Assembly: GCA_049580385.1 (NCBI GenBank)
Contig: JBAUPV010000006.1
Span: 64,529 to 128,528 of the forward strand
Source of the DNA: Desulfobaccales bacterium
Lineage (GTDB): Bacteria > Desulfobacterota > Desulfobaccia > Desulfobaccales > 0-14-0-80-60-11
DNA length: 64,000 nucleotides
Reading direction: 5' to 3'
The notes beneath the pieces are model-generated. The model searched no databases, had not been told where the DNA came from, and saw only the letters and a program-made list of their open reading frames with translations. Shown here one piece after another: positions 34,885-44,094 of the stretch. The translations under genes were made by a program, and so were the position numbers. Position 1 is the first letter of the stretch. Every line of letters starts with the position of its first letter.

Positions 34885-35862
34885 TTAGCGGAACTTAAAC
34901 TCTCCCCGCCCCAAGAGATCGTGAAGGTGGACGATCCCCAGGACCCGGCGGTCCTGGTCCACCACTGGCAACGCCGTGATGGCGTGGTCCTCCATCATTT
35001 CCAGGGCCTGGGAGGCCAGGGCCTCGGGACCGATGGTCCGGGGTTGCGGGGTCATCACCTCCGTCACCCCCCGGCCCTGGAGATTCCCCCACTTTTTCAA
35101 AGCCCGGCGCAGATCGCCGTCGGTGATGATCCCCTGTAAGATGCCCTGGCGGTTCACCACCAGGGTAACCCCCAGCCTCTTGGCATCCATCTCGCCGATG
35201 GCCTGGCCCAGGGTATGGGATAGCAGCGTGCGGGGCACCGGCTTCCCGGAGAGCATTACCTCGGAGATGGCGAGCGACAGGTGCTCTCCCAGGCGGCCCC
35301 CGGGATGGAAGCGGCGGAAGTCGGCGGCCTGAAACCCTCGACTGGTGAGAAGGCCCACTGCCAGGGCGTCACCCATGGCCAGCATGGCGGTGGTGCTGGC
35401 GGTGGGAGCCAGTCCCAGGGGGCAGGCCTCCCGGGGCACCCCGGTGTCGATGGCCACCTGGCTGAGCCGGCCCAGGGTGGACTTGGGCCGCCCGGTCATG
35501 ACGATCAGGGGTGCGCCCAGGCGCTCCAGGCTGGGAATGAGAATAGTGAGCTCCCGGGTTTCACCGCTGTTGGAAAGAGCCAGAACCACGTCGGCCGCAG
35601 ACACCATGCCCAGGTCGCCGTGCATGGCCTCCACCGGGTGCAGGAAAAGGGCGGGGGTCCCGGTGGAGTTGAAGGTGGCCACTATCTTCCGGGCCACTAT
35701 CCCGGACTTGCCCACCCCGGTGACAATGACCCTGCCCTTGGCCCGGTATAGCAAATCCACCGCCTTGACGAAGCTATCGTCCAGTTTTTGGATCAGGGCG
35801 GTAAGGCCCTCGGCCTCGATGGTCAGAACTTCCCGGGCCAGGTCCAGGAGCTTGGTGGACAC
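34885..35862 (-). CDS. kdsD: arabinose-5-phosphate isomerase (KpsF/GutQ/KdsD family)
   Basis: SIS domain (RVIVTGVGKSGIVARKIVATFNSTGTPA...ALSNSGET) plus two C-terminal CBS repeats. Confidence 0.85.
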   Translation of the reverse strand: MSTKLLDLAREVLTIEAEGLTALIQKLDDSFVKAVDLLYRAKGRVIVTGVGKSGIVARKIVATFNSTGTPALFLHPVEAMHGDLGMVSAADVVLALSNSGETRELTILIPSLERLGAPLIVMTGRPKSTLGRLSQVAIDTGVPREACPLGLAPTASTTAMLAMGDALAVGLLTSRGFQAADFRRFHPGGRLGEHLSLAISEVMLSGKPVPRTLLSHTLGQAIGEMDAKRLGVTLVVNRQGILQGIITDGDLRRALKKWGNLQGRGVTEVMTPQPRTIGPEALASQALEMMEDHAITALPVVDQDRRVLGIVHLHDLLGRGEFKFR

Positions 35863-35999
35863 TTAAATTCCTTAGGTTTCCGGTTTTAGGTTTTGGGTGT
35901 AGGCAATAATCGCCAGGCCCGCAAACATCAGTCTCACTCCACGCTCACCAGGGCTGGCAAGGCCATCCCGCCGCTGAGCCAATGGTGCGCCGGGCGCAG

Positions 36000-37124
36000 T
36001 TAGCTATCTGCCACCGGCGTCAGGGCCCGTCCCAGCATGATGCGATCTTTGCCCCGGCCCTTGCTGGAAAACATGGCCCGGTCCGCTATGGCGAGCAATT
36101 CCTCCCGGTCCCGGGCATCTCCGGGCAGGGTGGCGATACCGTAGCTGGCGGTGACCCGGACATCCAGTCCTTCATCTTTCAGGAAGCTGGTGTGGTTGAG
36201 CGCCTGCCGGAGACGCTGGGTCATCCCCAGGGCCTGGGATTGGGAACGATGCGGCAGCAGAAGGACGAATTCGTCGCCGCCGTAGCGCACCAGGCTGTCA
36301 TCAGGCCCCAGCAGCGAATGGAGGGTACGGGCGACCTCTCCTAAAACCTTGCTGCCCCGGAGATGCCCATGGGCGTCCACCACCGCTTTGAAATTGTCCA
36401 AATCGAGAAAGACCACGGAAAATTCCCCGCCCTGCTCGATTATCCGGGGAATGAGCCGGTCCATGCTGAAAAAGAGATAGCGGCTGTTATAAAAGCCGGT
36501 GACCTCATCAATGAAGGTGCGGGCCTGGAGTCTCTGGAGATTGCGTATGTTGTCCACCGCAATGGCCACGTAATCCACCAGGATATTCAAATGGGGGAGA
36601 GACTGCTCCCGGAAGAGATTCTCATCCTCCACGTTGATCACTTCAAAGACCCCGATAACCTCACCCCGTAACACCAGGGGCAGGGCAATGATGGAGCGGG
36701 TTTCGAAGCCAGTGAGGGCGTCCACCCGGGCGGAAAACCGGGGATCCTGGTTCACGTCGGGAATGAAGATGGGTTGCCCCGTTTGGGCAACGGTTCCGGC
36801 GATCCCTTCCCCCGGCGCCAGGCGGATGCCTTTGACGTGCTCCTGGGCCAATCCCACCGTCACCGCGAAGGAAAGCTCCCGGGTTTGGGGGTCCATCAAG
36901 AACAACGACCAGTTGGCGGCCGGATTCAGGGCCTGGATGCGCTCCAGGACCGCGGTGAGCAGGGTTTCCATGTCCCCAGCGCTCACCAGGACCTTGGAGA
37001 ACTCAATGTCGGCCAGCAGACGTTCCACCGACCCGGTTCCGTACGGCTGATAGGACGGCTCTTCTCTCTTTTCCAAAGACCCTGGCTCCGAAAAGATTCT
37101 ATGGTTAACCGGCCGCCATTGCAA
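36000..37124 (-). CDS. GAF-domain diguanylate cyclase (GGDEF)
   Basis: GAF region (FLMDPQTRELSFAVTVG...IAGTVAQTGQPIFIPDV) and a GGDEF domain with RYGGDEFVLLLP. Confidence 0.85.
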   Translation of the reverse strand: MQWRPVNHRIFSEPGSLEKREEPSYQPYGTGSVERLLADIEFSKVLVSAGDMETLLTAVLERIQALNPAANWSLFLMDPQTRELSFAVTVGLAQEHVKGIRLAPGEGIAGTVAQTGQPIFIPDVNQDPRFSARVDALTGFETRSIIALPLVLRGEVIGVFEVINVEDENLFREQSLPHLNILVDYVAIAVDNIRNLQRLQARTFIDEVTGFYNSRYLFFSMDRLIPRIIEQGGEFSVVFLDLDNFKAVVDAHGHLRGSKVLGEVARTLHSLLGPDDSLVRYGGDEFVLLLPHRSQSQALGMTQRLRQALNHTSFLKDEGLDVRVTASYGIATLPGDARDREELLAIADRAMFSSKGRGKDRIMLGRALTPVADS

Positions 37125-37219
37125 GGAGTTTGTCGGCCCCGCCCCCGAAGTCGTTGACTCCGGGGCTGGGAATGATTAACTTAGCGCTCACCAATTTCCG
37201 CTGAGAAAGGAGGCTGCTG

Positions 37220-37699
37220 ATGCCCAAGTTGCTGATCGCGCTGGATAGTTCCAAAGGGGCCTGGCGCGCCGTAGAATATGTGGCCACGACCTTCGGGAAA
37301 ACCCCGGGGGTGCAGGTCACCTTGCTTCAAATTTTATCGGGCCTGCCCCCGGCCTTGTGGGATGACGGCCACATCCTGGAGGAAAAGGAACGGGAAATCC
37401 GGCAGCGCCTGGTGGCCGCCTGGCAGCAGGACCAGGAAAAGCAGTGGCGGGACCTGGTCCGCAAGGCCAACCAGCATCTCGAGGCCGCAGGTCTGGCTCC
37501 CAAGGCGATGCACCACCAGTTCAAACCCAAGTACTTCGACGTGGCGGATGATATCCTCGACGAAGCCAAAGAGGGTGCTTACGACACCGTGGTCATAGGC
37601 CGCCGCGGGATGGGAAAGGGCAAATCCCTGCTCTTGGGCAGCGTCACCCGGAAGGTGGTGGATAGTGCCCAGGACTGCACCGTTACCGTGGTGGCCTAA
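37220..37699 (+). CDS. universal stress protein (UspA family)
   Basis: MPKLLIALDSSKGAWRAVEY...DTVVIGRRGMGKGKSLLLGSVTRKVVDSAQDCTVTVV. Confidence 0.85.
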   Translation: MPKLLIALDSSKGAWRAVEYVATTFGKTPGVQVTLLQILSGLPPALWDDGHILEEKEREIRQRLVAAWQQDQEKQWRDLVRKANQHLEAAGLAPKAMHHQFKPKYFDVADDILDEAKEGAYDTVVIGRRGMGKGKSLLLGSVTRKVVDSAQDCTVTVVA

Positions 37700-37812
37700 A
37701 TACCTCACCCCTGGGGAAAGGGCGGGGGGAACCCCGCCCTGAGCCATCTTTCCAGCGAAAAGCCGCATAACGGCCCCGTTAGCACTGCTCCGGCCCCAAA
37801 ACGCCCGGCCGC

Positions 37813-38679
37813 TTAACGCCTAAACTGTATTTCAATAAAATTATCATTGAGGATGCGGGCCAGGTCAAAACCCCCGGAAACCTCCTCTTTGCTGATCCGG
37901 ATGCCTTTGTCCGCCAATTCCTTGACGGTCAATTCCGGGGCGTGGCCCGCAAACAAACGCCGCAAGACGTTGTGCATGGTGGCCGAAGAGACATTGCCCC
38001 GGGATGGCACCCCCCGCGGCACGTCATTGTGGATTCTCTGAAAGAAGAAATCGACATGATAGTCTTCCGCCAGGCTTTGGAAGTGCACCACCTGCTCCCC
38101 TTCGCTCCCTTCGTTCAAAAGCTCCTGGGGCACATAATGGTGCAGCACCTGTTGGGTGCGGTTCTGCTGGGCCAGATAGAGGATGGAAACCACGTCGTAG
38201 TGGTCCAGCGGCCGTTGCTCGTCTTGCTCGATCCGGCTGGTCCCGAACTTGCGGAAGCGGTACTCGGGGCCGTTGGGGTAGCGGTTCACCACCATATCTA
38301 CTCCGATGGTGCCCACTGAACAGGAAAGGTTAAACTGGCTCTCATCTTCAATGGGCACTCCGTAGCTCTTCAGCTTTTCCATGATGAGGCCGTGCCCATG
38401 GCAGCAAATGAGGCGGCGAATCAGGGCTTGCATCAAGTTGGGGGAGGCCTGGTACTTGGGAGACAAGGCCAGGGAAGCGAGCATCTCCACGGTCATCTCC
38501 ACGTAGTAGCATGGGGTGCTCAGCATCAGGTTGATCTTCCCGGCCGGCGCCCCTTCTGACCCATAGCGCCGCCAGATTTCCTTCCAGTCGTATTCCTTCA
38601 AGAGACCCAGGACCTTAATCATGTCATAGGAATCGAGCTCGCGCCCTTCCACCTCCGCCACCCGGCATTTGCCGCTCAT
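37813..38679 (-). CDS. hypothetical protein with an internal two-fold repeat
   Basis: 288 aa. The halves align: ELDSYDMIKVLGLL / PLDHYDVVSILYLA, YYVEMTVE / YHVDFFFQ, and NLMQALIRRLICCHGHGLIMEKLKSYGVPIEDE / TMHNVLRRLFAGHAPELTVKELADKGIRISKEE. I did not recognise a family. Confidence 0.5.
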   Translation of the reverse strand: MSGKCRVAEVEGRELDSYDMIKVLGLLKEYDWKEIWRRYGSEGAPAGKINLMLSTPCYYVEMTVEMLASLALSPKYQASPNLMQALIRRLICCHGHGLIMEKLKSYGVPIEDESQFNLSCSVGTIGVDMVVNRYPNGPEYRFRKFGTSRIEQDEQRPLDHYDVVSILYLAQQNRTQQVLHHYVPQELLNEGSEGEQVVHFQSLAEDYHVDFFFQRIHNDVPRGVPSRGNVSSATMHNVLRRLFAGHAPELTVKELADKGIRISKEEVSGGFDLARILNDNFIEIQFRR

Positions 38680-38969
38680 AATGGAGCCTCCCCTGGATTT
38701 TGCGCATTAAGATAAGAATGAAACGAGGCCGCCGCAACGGGGGCCATTTTTCAGGCGCAGGGCCGTCCGGTTTAAGGGACGGTTGATAACCCCGGGCTAA
38801 CCGCTCCTTGCTTTTTGCCCGTTAATGATTATTTTTTATTTAAGTAAGATCACTTTTGGGCCGGAGACGGCCCAGATCATTTCCAGCCTGGGCGCTTAAT
38901 CCCGGGGCGTCCCCGGGAGGGCGTTCGGACGCCCCAAGGGCGGAGCGGCCTTGGTAAAAGGAGGCACGG

Positions 38970-39545
38970 ATGGCATTGGAAATCTGCTGGTTGGACGATT
39001 TGGCCAAGGGCCAGGAAACCGCACGCAAGGTCAATAAGCCCATTTACCTCGATTTTTTTAACCCTAAGTGACTCGGCTGCAAACAGATGGGTGCGGTCAC
39101 GTACCCTAACGAGAGAGTGGCCAAGTTTATTTCCTTGAACTTTGTCCCGGTAAAGATCGAAACGACCAACACCGCCATGATGCAAAGGTTTTCGGTGAGT
39201 TGGACCCCCACCGCGCTGGTGCTGGACGCGGAGGGGCGGGAACACTACCGGGGCGTGGGGTTTTTCTCCCCGGAAGACCTGATCCCCACCTTGATGACGG
39301 CCAAAGGCAGATGGGCCCTGGATACTGACCAGTATGCCGAGGCCCGCGCCCTCTTCGAGGAGGTCATCTCCTGTCACCCAGATAGGGATACGGCCGCGGA
39401 GGCCCTGTTTTTCCTGGGGGTGTCCAAATTCAAGATGAGCCACGACCCCAAACTTTTGCGGGAAATCTACGACGAGCTCACCGCTAAATTTCCCACCAGC
39501 AGCTGGACCAAACAGGCGGACCATTACCGCTTGATCAGCAAATAG
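38970..39545 (+). CDS. thioredoxin-fold (DUF255/thioredoxin_7-like) protein with in-frame TGA: candidate selenoprotein (UxxC)
   Basis: ATG at 38970 follows AAAGGAGG. The product reads MALEICWLDDLAKGQETARKVNKPIYLDFFNPK-TGA(39069-39071)-LGCKQMGAVTYPNERVAKFISLNFVPVKIE... The TGA is in frame with track ORF 39087..39545 and falls where CxxC sits in KPI(F/Y)L...CxxC..M family members. Confidence 0.6.
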
Positions 39546-39690
39546 CCGGACGACTTGCGGGGGTTTTCTATTTTTGCAACGGGCGTCCGCCCCCCCTGTG
39601 GGGTTCCGAGGGCGGGTCCGGCAACGGGCGGGGTGAGGCCCCGCCCCATGTAGCCCCCGGGACCAGCCGCGGCCGGAACTAGAGGCTCCC

Positions 39691-40245
39691 ATGGAAGTGA
39701 AAATCGGCGGGGCGCGCCTGGAGTTGCTGGAGGGGGATATCACCCGGCAGGATACCGAGGCCATTGTCAACGCCGCCAATTCCTCGCTGTTGGGCGGCGG
39801 CGGGGTGGATGGAGCCATTCACCGGGCCGGCGGTCCCGTTATCCTGGAAGAGTGCCGCCGCTTGGGGGGCTGCCCCACGGGTGAGGCCCGCCTCACCCCT
39901 GCCGGCAACCTCAAGGCCCGCTACGTCATCCATACGGTGGGTCCGGTCTATAAGGGCGGGGGGGCTCGGGAGGCCGAAATGCTCGCTTCCTGCTACCGGG
40001 AGAGCCTGAAGCTGGCCTCCGGCCAGGGCATCACCACTGTCGCCTTCCCTGCCATTGCCACCGGCGCCTACGGCTATCCCCCGGCCGCGGCCGCCCGCAT
40101 CGCCCTGCAAACGGTGCTGGCTTATCTGGACCAACATCCGGAGATCAAGCTGGTCCGCTTCGTCCTGTTTAGCCACCCCGCCTATGAAGTTTATGAAAAG
40201 ACCTTGAGGGAATTATTGCCGAGCCTCGATTCCGGGAGGCGCTAA
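39691..40245 (+). CDS. macro-domain protein (O-acetyl-ADP-ribose deacetylase, YmdB-like)
   Basis: LLEGDITRQDTEAIVNAANSSLLGGGGVDGAIHRAGG...VIHTVGPVY...VAFPAIATGAYGYP. Confidence 0.85.
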   Translation: MEVKIGGARLELLEGDITRQDTEAIVNAANSSLLGGGGVDGAIHRAGGPVILEECRRLGGCPTGEARLTPAGNLKARYVIHTVGPVYKGGGAREAEMLASCYRESLKLASGQGITTVAFPAIATGAYGYPPAAAARIALQTVLAYLDQHPEIKLVRFVLFSHPAYEVYEKTLRELLPSLDSGRR

Positions 40246-40340
40246 GCAATCATGGCTGCCCCCCTGGCCGAAAGACTCAAAGACAAAATAGGCCCCAGCC
40301 GTCCACGGGTGGGGCCTAAATAAAGTCAAGATTTAGAGGA

Positions 40341-40763
40341 CTAACGGGCTTCGTCGGTTTCCGGCCGGCCTTCCAATTCGCCGATATAATTCTCCAGGAA
40401 TTCCTCAATGAGATAGACCCGCCCCAGCTTATGATCCATGCGGGGAAAAACCTCCAACGGAGCCCGGTCGCCTTTCTTGGCATAGCAGCAAAGGGCCGGG
40501 ATGGTCTTGCCGAAGTATTCCTTATAATCCGAGCCCCGCACCTCACCAAAGATGGGGCGATACTCGGAGGCCGGGCCACTGGATGCCTTATGGTATTGCC
40601 GGAAGGGATCGGGATTGTCGGCCAGGTCAATGGCCGCGGTTTCGACCCCTTTGGACTCCATACTCTTCAGCAGGTTCAGCACATTGGTGTTGTCGCACTT
40701 ATATTTATCGACCGGTGTGTGTTTCGTGCTGTAGTAAAATTCAATGTAACCGAGTCTTGGCAT
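40341..40763 (-). CDS. hypothetical protein
   Basis: 140-aa ORF in a lower-GC stretch. I did not recognise a motif. Confidence 0.45.
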   Translation of the reverse strand: MPRLGYIEFYYSTKHTPVDKYKCDNTNVLNLLKSMESKGVETAAIDLADNPDPFRQYHKASSGPASEYRPIFGEVRGSDYKEYFGKTIPALCCYAKKGDRAPLEVFPRMDHKLGRVYLIEEFLENYIGELEGRPETDEAR

Positions 40764-40963
40764 CGGTAGGCTCCTCCCCTATTCGGCTTAATTATTTGTG
40801 CGCTTTTTCACTTTTCCTCAGCCATAGATACCATCCGTCTGCCAAATATGTCAAGGCTTTTTCTGGACCAAAACGGACCCCCACCAAAAAAAAGGACCGA
40901 TACGAGGGCAGTTATGTTAGAAAAAACTAAACCCCAAGGGACCGGGACAGTCAGGAGGACCCC

Positions 40964-41383
40964 TTGAACCAAAATTTCCAGAAATGGCGGCACTTGCCGG
41001 CGCAACTCCCCCTGCCCCCCGGCCGCGCCCTGCCCGCAGTCATCCAGGAGGCCGATACGGGCGCGGTGCTGATGCTGGTGGCATTGAACACGGAGGCCCT
41101 GGAGCTGGTGGCCGCCACCGGCCGTCTCCATTATTACCACCCCCGGAAGCGCAAGGTGGTGGCCAAGGGGGAGGCCTCGGGGCACTTCCAGGAGGTCTTG
41201 GAGATTCGCCTCAACTGTCAGGGCGACCAACTGCTCCTCCGGGTGCGCCCCGCCGGAGGCGCCTGCGAGCTGGGCTACCAGTCCTGCTTCCACCGCCGCC
41301 TGGGCCAGCAAGGTTGGGAAATCGCCGACCCCAAAGTCTTCAACCCGGAGGAGGTCTACCCGGAGATCGCCTTCTCGCACTAG
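40964..41383 (+). CDS. hisI: phosphoribosyl-AMP cyclohydrolase
   Basis: LPAVIQEADTGAVLMLVALNTEALELVAATGRLHYYH...AKGEASGHFQEVLEIRLNCQGDQLLLRVRPAGGACELGYQSCFH. The TTG start is uncertain. Confidence 0.8.
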   Translation: MNQNFQKWRHLPAQLPLPPGRALPAVIQEADTGAVLMLVALNTEALELVAATGRLHYYHPRKRKVVAKGEASGHFQEVLEIRLNCQGDQLLLRVRPAGGACELGYQSCFHRRLGQQGWEIADPKVFNPEEVYPEIAFSH

Positions 41384-41423
41384 AGAAGGTGATGGTGGGA
41401 ACGCCGGCGCCACCAAAAATCGA

Positions 41424-41457
41424 GGGGCGACCCAGCGGGTCGCCCCTACGTTTTCTT
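41424..41457 (+). terminator. candidate terminator after hisI
   Basis: GGGGCGACCC-agc-GGGTCGCCCC hairpin (41424-41446), followed by tacgTTTTcTT. Confidence 0.5.
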
Positions 41458-41510
41458 CCCCCCTATGGGGGTTGGGGGAGGTGGGCAGGGCCATGACCAG
41501 GAAACGCTAT

Positions 41511-41556
41511 CTGCTACTGCTCCCTGCTCACTGCTTACTGCTCACCGCTCACTGCC
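41511..41556. repeat. heptamer tandem array TGCTCAC x6 (degenerate)
   Basis: ctgctac tgctccc tgctcac tgcttac tgctcac cgctcac, between convergent hisI and folD. Confidence 0.8.
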
Positions 41557-41560
41557 CTTC

Positions 41561-42463
41561 CTAAATCTTCACCAGGCCCGCGGCCATTTTGGCGGCCATG
41601 ACGGTATTCTTCATGAGCATGGTGATGGTCATGGGGCCGACCCCGCCCGGCACCGGAGTGATGTAGGCGGCCTTCTGGGAGACCGAATCGAAGTCCACGT
41701 CGCCGGCCAGGATGGCCTTGCCGGTCTTTTCGCTGACGCCGACGCGATTGACGCCCACGTCGATGACGCAGGCCCCTTCCTTAACCCAGTCCCCCTGGAC
41801 GTACCTGGGCACCCCGGCGGCCACGATGAGGATATCGGCCCGGCGGCAGTGCTCGATGATCTTGTCCTTGGGGGTGCCGGTGTGGACGCAGGTCACGGTG
41901 GCGTTGGCCCCGGCGCGCTTCTGGATCATAATGGCCACCATGGGTTTGCCCACGATATTGGAGCGGCCCAGCACCACCACTTCCTTGCCCTTGGGGTCGC
42001 CGTAGGCGCGGTTGATCAGCTCCTGGCAGCCCGCCGGGGTGCAGGGCAGAAAGGCATAGGTGCCGATCAGGATCCGGCCCACGTTCACCGGATGGAAGGC
42101 GTCCACGTCCTTGTTGGGATCGATGGCGTAGAGCACTTTGTTGGAATCGATGTGCTTGGGCAGGGGCAACTGGATCAGGATGCCGTGAATGTTGGGGTCC
42201 TTGTTGTATTTCTCGATCAGGGCCAGGAGGGCCGCCTCGGTGATGTCGGCCGCCTGATTGTCCTGAATGGAATGAAAGCCCAATTCATGGGAGGTCTTCT
42301 GCTTGGCGGTGACATAGCTGACGGAGGCGGGATTTTCCCCCACCAGGATGGTGACCAGGCCGGGGGTGACGTGGTGTTTGGCCTTCAGTTCCTCCACTTC
42401 CTTCTTTAATTCCTCGCGGATCTGAGCGGCCACCTCCGCTCCTTTGATCAATTTAGCAGCCAT
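41561..42463 (-). CDS. folD: bifunctional methylenetetrahydrofolate dehydrogenase/cyclohydrolase
   Basis: PGLVTILVGENPASVSYV..K...IHGILIQLPLP...VVVLGRSNIVGKP...TPVPGGVGPMTI. Confidence 0.95.
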   Translation of the reverse strand: MAAKLIKGAEVAAQIREELKKEVEELKAKHHVTPGLVTILVGENPASVSYVTAKQKTSHELGFHSIQDNQAADITEAALLALIEKYNKDPNIHGILIQLPLPKHIDSNKVLYAIDPNKDVDAFHPVNVGRILIGTYAFLPCTPAGCQELINRAYGDPKGKEVVVLGRSNIVGKPMVAIMIQKRAGANATVTCVHTGTPKDKIIEHCRRADILIVAAGVPRYVQGDWVKEGACVIDVGVNRVGVSEKTGKAILAGDVDFDSVSQKAAYITPVPGGVGPMTITMLMKNTVMAAKMAAGLVKI

Positions 42464-42659
42464 TATGGCCTCCTTCTTGTGATTTTTTTCATTAGTATCA
42501 TCTATTTTTCCTTAGCGTCAACGGAAAAATTCACCGGTATCTTGATCCGCCGGTGGATATGAGACCCAAGAAACAGGCGGGCTGGTCGGCCAGAGGGGCG
42601 CTTTCCTTTTTTCCAGGATTGGATATAATAAATTAATTGATAATTCAGGAGCTTCGGCA

Positions 42660-43889
42660 GTGTCTTTGATCGTCCAAAAATATGGCGGCACTTCGGTGGC
42701 CAACCTGGATCGCATCGCCAACGTGGCCAACCGGGTGATCAAAGGCTGGCGAGACGGCAACAAAATGGTGGTGGTGTTGAGCGCCATGGCTGGCGAAACC
42801 GACCGCCTCATCAAGTTGGGCCAGGGGCTGGCGGAAGACCCCGACCCCCGGGAATTGGACGTCCTGTTGGCCACCGGCGAGCAGGTTACCGTCTCTCTGT
42901 TCAGCATTTTCCTGCACTCCCAGGGAGTGCCGGCCACCTCGCTCTTAAGCCACCAGGCCCGCATCTACACCGACCGGGCTTACGGCCGGGCTCGTATCCT
43001 GGGGATCGACACGGCCCGCATCAGAGAGGAGTTGAAGAAGAACCGGGTGGTAACCGTGGCCGGTTTCCAGGGGGTGGATGAAGTGGGCAACATCACCACC
43101 CTGGGCAGGGGCGGCTCCGACACCACCGCGGTGGCCATGGCCGCGGCCCTGAAGGCCGACTGCTGCGAAATTTATACGGATGTGGACGGGGTTTACACCG
43201 CCGATCCCCGCATCTGCCCCAAGGCCCGGAAGCTGGACCGGATCACTTACGACGAAATGCTGGAGATGGCTTCCCTGGGCGCCAAGGTCCTGGAGATCCG
43301 CTCCGTCGGGTTTGCCAGGCGGTACAGCGTACCCCTGGTGGTGCGCAGCAGCTTCACCGAGACGCCGGGCACTATGGTGACCGTGGAGGATGAAGAAATG
43401 GAAATTGTGCCGGTATCCGGCGTGGCTTTGAGTAGAAACGACGCCCGGGTCACCATCACCCGGGTCCCCGACCGCCCCGGCATCGCGGTGCGCCTCTTCC
43501 GGCCGGTAGCCGACGCCAACATCGTGGTGGATATGATCATCCAGAACACCAGCATAGAGGGCTTCACTGATCTGACCTTCACCGTGCCCGAAGGCGACTT
43601 GAAGAAGACCATGGAGCTGATCCGGCCGGTGGCCACCGAGGTCGGCGCCCAGCAGGTGGTGGGCAACAAAAATATCGCCAAGATCTCCATCGTGGGGGTG
43701 GGCATGAAGAACAACGCCGGGGTGGCGGCCCGGATGTTCGAGGCCCTGTCCGGGGAAAACATCAATATCCTGATGATCAGCACCTCGGAAATCAAGATTT
43801 CCTGCGTCATCGAGGACAAGTACGGCGAACTGGCGGTGCGGGTCCTCCACGACGCCTTCGATCTGGGGCAGCCGCCGCCGGAACGTTAG
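42660..43889 (+). CDS. lysC: aspartate kinase
   Basis: (M)SLIVQKYGGTSVANLDRI...VVVLSAMAGETDRL...TLGRGGSDTTAVA, plus two C-terminal ACT domains. GTG start. Confidence 0.95.
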   Translation: MSLIVQKYGGTSVANLDRIANVANRVIKGWRDGNKMVVVLSAMAGETDRLIKLGQGLAEDPDPRELDVLLATGEQVTVSLFSIFLHSQGVPATSLLSHQARIYTDRAYGRARILGIDTARIREELKKNRVVTVAGFQGVDEVGNITTLGRGGSDTTAVAMAAALKADCCEIYTDVDGVYTADPRICPKARKLDRITYDEMLEMASLGAKVLEIRSVGFARRYSVPLVVRSSFTETPGTMVTVEDEEMEIVPVSGVALSRNDARVTITRVPDRPGIAVRLFRPVADANIVVDMIIQNTSIEGFTDLTFTVPEGDLKKTMELIRPVATEVGAQQVVGNKNIAKISIVGVGMKNNAGVAARMFEALSGENINILMISTSEIKISCVIEDKYGELAVRVLHDAFDLGQPPPER

Positions 43890-44090
43890 TTCAAGGTTCA
43901 AAGTTCAAAGTTTGTTTCTTGGGGACCTGAACTCATCCTTTAACCTTGAACCTTTAACTTGAGAACTCTGCAAAGGCTCCTTTTTTTGTCATTCTGAGGG
44001 AGCGAAGCGACCGCAGAATCTCAAAAACACTGACAAGGTTGGTTTTCGCAGAAGTCTTAGCCTTGAACTTTGAACTTTGAACTGAGGAAC
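43888..44090. repeat. inverted heptamer arrays (GTTCAAA vs TTTGAAC) enclosing further hairpins
   Basis: agttcaa ggttcaa agttcaa (43888-43908) ... cttgaac tttgaac tttgaac (44062-44082). The interior contains the hairpin attctgagggagcgaagcgaccgcagaat. Confidence 0.85.
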
Positions 44091-44094
44091 TCCT

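Noticed and set aside
39087-39545. Treating the 152-aa track ORF as a complete stand-alone gene
   Set aside because: It would start in the middle of the thioredoxin fold and has no SD. The upstream in-frame segment, with a strong SD, supplies the missing N-terminal motif up to the TGA. I therefore prefer readthrough (Sec), with a nonsense pseudogene as the alternative.
38877-39818. 313-aa minus-strand ORF spanning the thioredoxin-fold gene and the start of the macro-domain gene
   Set aside because: It is Pro/Arg/Gly-rich and overlaps two plus-strand genes that have clear family signatures. I treat it as a shadow ORF.
42464-42659. Lysine riboswitch (L-box) upstream of lysC
   Set aside because: Only a loose AGAGGGGCG resemblance. 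The region is too short and lacks the multi-helix L-box organisation. It more likely holds divergent folD and lysC promoters.
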